From a virus (Duplodnaviria > Caudoviricetes): a DNA stretch of 27,506 nucleotides. Location: the IMG/VR virus record IMGVR_UViG_3300035228_001376, positions 1 through 27,506 of that record. One strand, 5' to 3'. The notes beneath the pieces are model-generated. The model made no database searches. It worked only from the letters and a program-made list of their open reading frames with translations, and was not told the origin of the DNA. This document shows positions 25,001 through 27,506 of the stretch, one piece after another. How positions within the stretch are numbered: position 1 is the first letter of the stretch; each line of letters starts with the position of its first letter. The position numbers and the translations under genes were made by a program.

Positions 25001-27506
25001 GCTAAATTTTTTAAATCCTGCGGTGTGATTAAGATTACTTACAATGGGATTCCACTTATCATATGAGATAGAAGATCTAACTGAGTATGAGAAATACTGG
25101 TAGTAATCATTATCATGAATTCTCTGGAAGAATTTATTCAGTTTACCTGTATCTCTTAACCAACCTCTTCTAGTAACACTATTGGAACCAATCGTATACT
25201 TGGCACTAATACCGTCAACACTGGATATTAGACCTTTGTTTTGCGATGATTGTCCAATTATTAATCCATCAATACTAAACGGAATCTTAGACCTTACTCT
25301 TAAATACTCATTTTTAGTGTCATATGATTGAACAACTCCAACATTATCATTCTCATCAATAATAACCTCACCAGTTCTAAATGAATCTTTTTCCAATTCA
25401 ATAATAAATTGAGGAAAGTATGATTCTGGAGTTACAGTACCAAAGGAATCAAAACTATCGAAGTTGCCTGGTTGTTCACCTGGTTTAAGATATTCGTCTA
25501 GACTATATGTGATTGTTGGATTATCTCCAGTTAGGTCTGGATCTACTGCCGTTAAAACAAATAGAGCATACCCATAATCTGCAGAATTATATCCCACTGG
25601 TTTGGATACTATGGTGTCAGTGTTTGTGTTCTCAACTATTACTTTATCACCTACTTTGAAAGGATAAGTTTCAGCACTTGAAAATGTAACTGCCAATCCA
25701 ATTGTGACTACTTTATTACTACTATCAAAATTAATATCTTGAATTCTAACTCCATTTGGATTATTAACTGGAAGAATTCTTGGAGTTACATTATAAAGAC
25801 CTGTGGTATTTCTTACAATTTGTACATCAGTATCGCCAATATTATAAGCAAGAGAAACTTCACTATTGACTCTTCCAGTAAATCCATCAAGAACAACTAA
25901 TTGTGGGGGTATAAAATAATTGACACCTGGATTACCAATAGTAATAGATTTAAACTTAGATAACGGTTCAATCTTGTAAGTATATGGGAACTGTGCAATC
26001 GGACGCAATGTCTTATCTGGCGGATAATCAAATCCAATATCAGTCAGAACAATAGAGTTTACTTTACCAGATGTAGTACTAGCAGGTAAGAAAATTGCAC
26101 CTGTTCCACCAGCACTAACAATTTTGCTGACATTTGGTAAACTTCTATACCCACGCCCAATAGAGTCTAATATCACTTTGTCAACAGGACCAATGGCAGT
26201 TAGTGAAGTTGTGCTGTAAGTTAATTTTCCCTCATTACTTGGATAAAGAGTTCTCTCTGGAGTTTCTCTGAGAGTATAGTTAAATGTATTAGATGTTATA
26301 CCAGTGATATTTGTAGTAATATTATACTTACTATTAATAATTGATAATTTATTAGAGTTTTTAATATTAAAAATATCTCTAATGATGCCCAATTTGTCTT
26401 CAGATGCCCCATTATATTCGATGGGAACCAAATTATAGAAGAGATTATTAGGAACAGAATCACTAATAATTAATTCTAATTTTGCACCTGGTTGTCCAAT
26501 AGTGCCTGACGATTTCACACTAAATTCGTTTACGTTTGAAGGGGCTTGACCACCAAGGAAGTCAAAGGTGGCAACTATTTTTTCACCATAGTAAAACTCA
26601 TCAGATAATTCTTCATCAGAGAATAATATAAATTTAAATGCAGGTAAAGAATTTGCAAGAAGAGTTTGGTCGGACAGATCAAAAATCAGTGTAGAATCTC
26701 GAATTCCACTTAATTCTGGGTTAATTAAACTCAAACTACCAAAAGATGTAGTACTAATATTAATAATCTCAACGTCTTCATCTGAAGAGATTACTTCATA
26801 GTAATAATTTGATAAGCAGATTGTATTGTCATCAAGTTTAATTACATGATAGATAAGTGAATTATCTAATCCTTGAGGGGGAGATGATGAGTTGAAGATA
26901 ACTTTCTCACCGTTTTTGAATCCATGGTTTGGAATATTGATACTATTTCTTATGGTATCAACATCAGAACTAATAAAACTTTTTGGGTTGACAACCATAC
27001 GACGATTGAGGTCATCATATGCAATTTTTATTGATGTCTGAATACCCGCAATTACATTAATAACAGCACTATCTCCATCACTCAAACCATGAGGAGTCTT
27101 TGTTGTAATTTTTGCCGACTTTTTATAGACATCAGCAGTAATAGTTAGAGGTTCATTTGTAGTAAAACTATGAATCTCTCCCCCACCATAATCACTAAAA
27201 GTATATAATGCTAATGCTTCAGATCCAACACCAACAAATCCACCAGTAGATCCAATACCAATCTTCGCTGTAGAAATTCCGATGGAATTAACATCATACG
27301 CTGCAATATACACCTTTTGATCATTCACTAATTGCATGGTAGTTCCTGCAATTCCTACAGTAAATGCTGATCCACCCGCGCCAACATTGTAGGTAAGAAG
27401 ATCATTGGTTTTAAATCCATGGTTTGGAAGAAAGATTGTATTTAATCTTGGCGTAACAAGAGATTCTTGAGATACACCAGGATTACTAAGATAAAGAAGT
27501 CCCGAT
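19040..27506 (-). CDS. gp7: Giant baseplate wedge initiator gp7-like protein, C-terminal ~2820 aa (true start lies outside the window)
   Basis: The frame stays open from 27337 to the window edge (SGLLYLSNPGVSQ...LPNHGFKTND...). It carries the gp7-type motif RIHDNDYYQYFSYSVRS...NHTAGFKKF, lies directly upstream of gp8, and has many HG[FL]-type and GxGY beta-repeat modules. Confidence 0.8.
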   Translation of the reverse strand, partial: SGLLYLSNPGVSQESLVTPRLNTIFLPNHGFKTNDLLTYNVGAGGSAFTVGIAGTTMQLVNDQKVYIAAYDVNSIGISTAKIGIGSTGGFVGVGSEALALYTFSDYGGGEIHSFTTNEPLTITADVYKKSAKITTKTPHGLSDGDSAVINVIAGIQTSIKIAYDDLNRRMVVNPKSFISSDVDTIRNSINIPNHGFKNGEKVIFNSSSPPQGLDNSLIYHVIKLDDNTICLSNYYYEVISSDEDVEIINISTTSFGSLSLINPELSGIRDSTLIFDLSDQTLLANSLPAFKFILFSDEELSDEFYYGEKIVATFDFLGGQAPSNVNEFSVKSSGTIGQPGAKLELIISDSVPNNLFYNLVPIEYNGASEDKLGIIRDIFNIKNSNKLSIINSKYNITTNITGITSNTFNYTLRETPERTLYPSNEGKLTYSTTSLTAIGPVDKVILDSIGRGYRSLPNVSKIVSAGGTGAIFLPASTTSGKVNSIVLTDIGFDYPPDKTLRPIAQFPYTYKIEPLSKFKSITIGNPGVNYFIPPQLVVLDGFTGRVNSEVSLAYNIGDTDVQIVRNTTGLYNVTPRILPVNNPNGVRIQDINFDSSNKVVTIGLAVTFSSAETYPFKVGDKVIVENTNTDTIVSKPVGYNSADYGYALFVLTAVDPDLTGDNPTITYSLDEYLKPGEQPGNFDSFDSFGTVTPESYFPQFIIELEKDSFRTGEVIIDENDNVGVVQSYDTKNEYLRVRSKIPFSIDGLIIGQSSQNKGLISSVDGISAKYTIGSNSVTRRGWLRDTGKLNKFFQRIHDNDYYQYFSYSVRSSISYDKWNPIVSNLNHTAGFKKFSELVIDSYDPTISGIQTSQDLNTVIAISDLTNIVDINTVKDFDIGREKSIDVSGKLVSNEILFNLPFLAKYQEFIGNRVLTIDDFSDQFNGQQRGFELFTSNNPIFEIEFNGSDSTRIGIGEGTINVNNHYFVSGELIEYIPPGNNKANSIQIQETDFGVGIGTTTLLPSQFFIIKQDNQKVRVAISATNALLFNPIGVGLTGVGIGSTHIFRAIEPNNRLLITVNGTIQSPMVGTAVTTALSAGVGIGSTIINVVGVTSIFGGDLLRVNDEVMLVAASNNISNTFTVRRGWMGSTEASHSSSDVMTRQAGNYSVVRNSLHFIEGPWGNVPVGLGTTARDAGDVDYSGLTTSSRFSGRIFLRSALSQAFTTSFLPAYDNNFVYDDISNEFNGLTTSFTLKYKGNDIDNIVAKNTIILIDDIFQGPQRLGNVLTNIEGDYKLEAGGGALELGFNGELTDPQIHSDINVNNVPKGGIIVSVASKEGYGFQPLIGAGATALVSSTGTIESISIGNSGAGYRSGLQTVSVGIQTASFGAANITNVGIATIVDGHVVGVAITSTKVFYEPKEITNIGYSSVTGITTVTTLLRHNLQLGNEVQVVGAAFTCDYYPPVDVTNALYDNTTGIMTVSTGTSTFTVSDFTYDNLTGFATITTLEPMKIVPMTAIGRSFSLAGLGLSCVGYGQTFGVYDFVYDNTTGLATVFTTTDHGLSASDDFKMRELIFSCNVGGATGYGQTFTVTQFKYDNATGLSTVTTSQPITGIIGIGSDIRLDNLQFSCPGGSGVTTSIFPDGTQGYTYSVTNVIASDKFELYVGISTIQHSYVENDAGQVTAGLTTTKFPDGSQGYFFNVNNVGTTTSFTVSVGISSISHAYVTGGVVQTGITTNIFPGNAQNSPLGDTFSVSSSPNWNTLTFNAGISTIPHYYVSGGTLTFGHKLKIGTDTALTGLGFTCDLGVGIHTYPRVSDPTYCGTPVTKINSITEFEINVGVSTVPTFYSSGGIVEEIIKAPRQINNSPTGQDPSVDGTTVIKIVDDFSFIINSGISPYTHEYKRCGEVRMPLDVVIDQPLPLDGIDLIYSSDNVGFGTGATVDLIPSFDSTILNFEVNKFGYGYGSGEKLTVAIGGTVGIQTFATKTSNAILPVVAGGDYPHTFVSAEAGSVNVTGIGTTTPTTATYSGSTGELILTIPGHPYTTSNTVGIATGTIAFTCGMDGGSTVTYYPKATDPIAGIVTAITSRTTDTITIFVGISTLVKYPVTDATYDPATGLSVLTIGTHNLTTANSIRLANESLLFKCSLDNYSSIEAYPRANKDTNIYGKSVGITSFTSDSITVFAGPSPASLQYQHVFVGVGSYSQFELTVDKIFASKFSGWNVGEFIVLDRVDLFFNGARRLFPLSVNGDSISFFAKSNSGINLQSNLLVFVNDILQTPGEGYQFTGGSTIRFTEAPKGGVTGFTTEGDTAKIFMYTGTQDIDVRTVDVLPSVKVGDEVQLYSNQNTTFTEDPRLVMEIKAADKVITNNYAGQGVTLDELFERPLSWSKQQVDKIIDNEYIGKDRVYYEPIVNPNTNIISNIGVGASSVYVYDLRPLFDNPFEGIGADERSEVEIISQDNVIPATATAVIGAGGSIVNVILTNPGYGYTSAPEVTIASPYPGGTQATGGAVVGAGGSLISVSVGAGGSNYYYGPLASMTVQQQGAGFPPIDGSNNVFRGAKLKNTSGVGVGAVADIELSPINFQVASVTILQGGANYQIGDTLIVDTYDNVGLATTSRQFALSSPIKFNVATISPPPVLIATPDRGLEECRFVTYEGDYGLVVGVGTTTIGAGTSMGVVFDLYIPMDSDMRRGLNITLPGITTGDLFNLNQTNFVSAGQTSLSADGSVIGISTLHGDMTYECIDYYTKQSVVPAGLNGLGTTVGLGTTVTSVVVSLQSAGSNNVVGVATTALYGYYTWGKVGLPVRIGPKNWDVAHNGSQSGITTNPILRRKNPLKYLGYIS
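21842..23310 (-). repeat. Five nested copies of a ~95-aa beta-domain within gp7 (protein-level repeat)
   Basis: Five Y[DS]xxTGxxTxxT N-halves in a row, followed by five ...G[IV]SxxxxxYxxxG C-halves. Confidence 0.75.

Noticed and set aside
1-27506. tRNA, CRISPR array, DGR template/variable repeats, invertible segments, IS elements
   Set aside because: Intergenic gaps are all under 100 nt. By eye I found no near-identical nucleotide repeats and no reverse transcriptase, recombinase or transposase. The repeats present are diverged and visible only at the protein level.

Overview
The window is a contiguous, entirely minus-strand virion morphogenesis block of an AT-rich T4-like cyanomyovirus (Kyanoviridae-type gene order and sequences). 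In transcription order (right to left) it holds: the C-terminal ~2820 aa of a giant gp7-like baseplate wedge initiator (open past the right edge), gp8, a 2554-aa DUF4815/VrlC-like structural protein with a poly-Pro/RPP tract, a small conserved ORF, gp13, gp14, gp15, gp16, a cluster of basic putative internal head proteins, an 85-aa ORF, gp17, a Zn-finger ORF and the N-terminal 460 codons of gp18 (missed by the ORF track). T4-type late promoters (NATAAATA) precede several genes. The main observation is a complete-looking -1 ribosomal frameshift cassette at the end of the 542-aa gene: an SD-like GAGG, the slippery heptamer G_GGA_AAG directly before the TAG, an 8-nt spacer and a 7-bp hairpin. It would fuse a start-less 91-aa basic domain onto that protein; a 1-nt deletion or assembly error is the main alternative. 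A second highlight is 'Russian-doll' nested domain insertion, five levels deep in gp7 and two deep in gp18. All family assignments come from recalled motifs and synteny; no database search was run.
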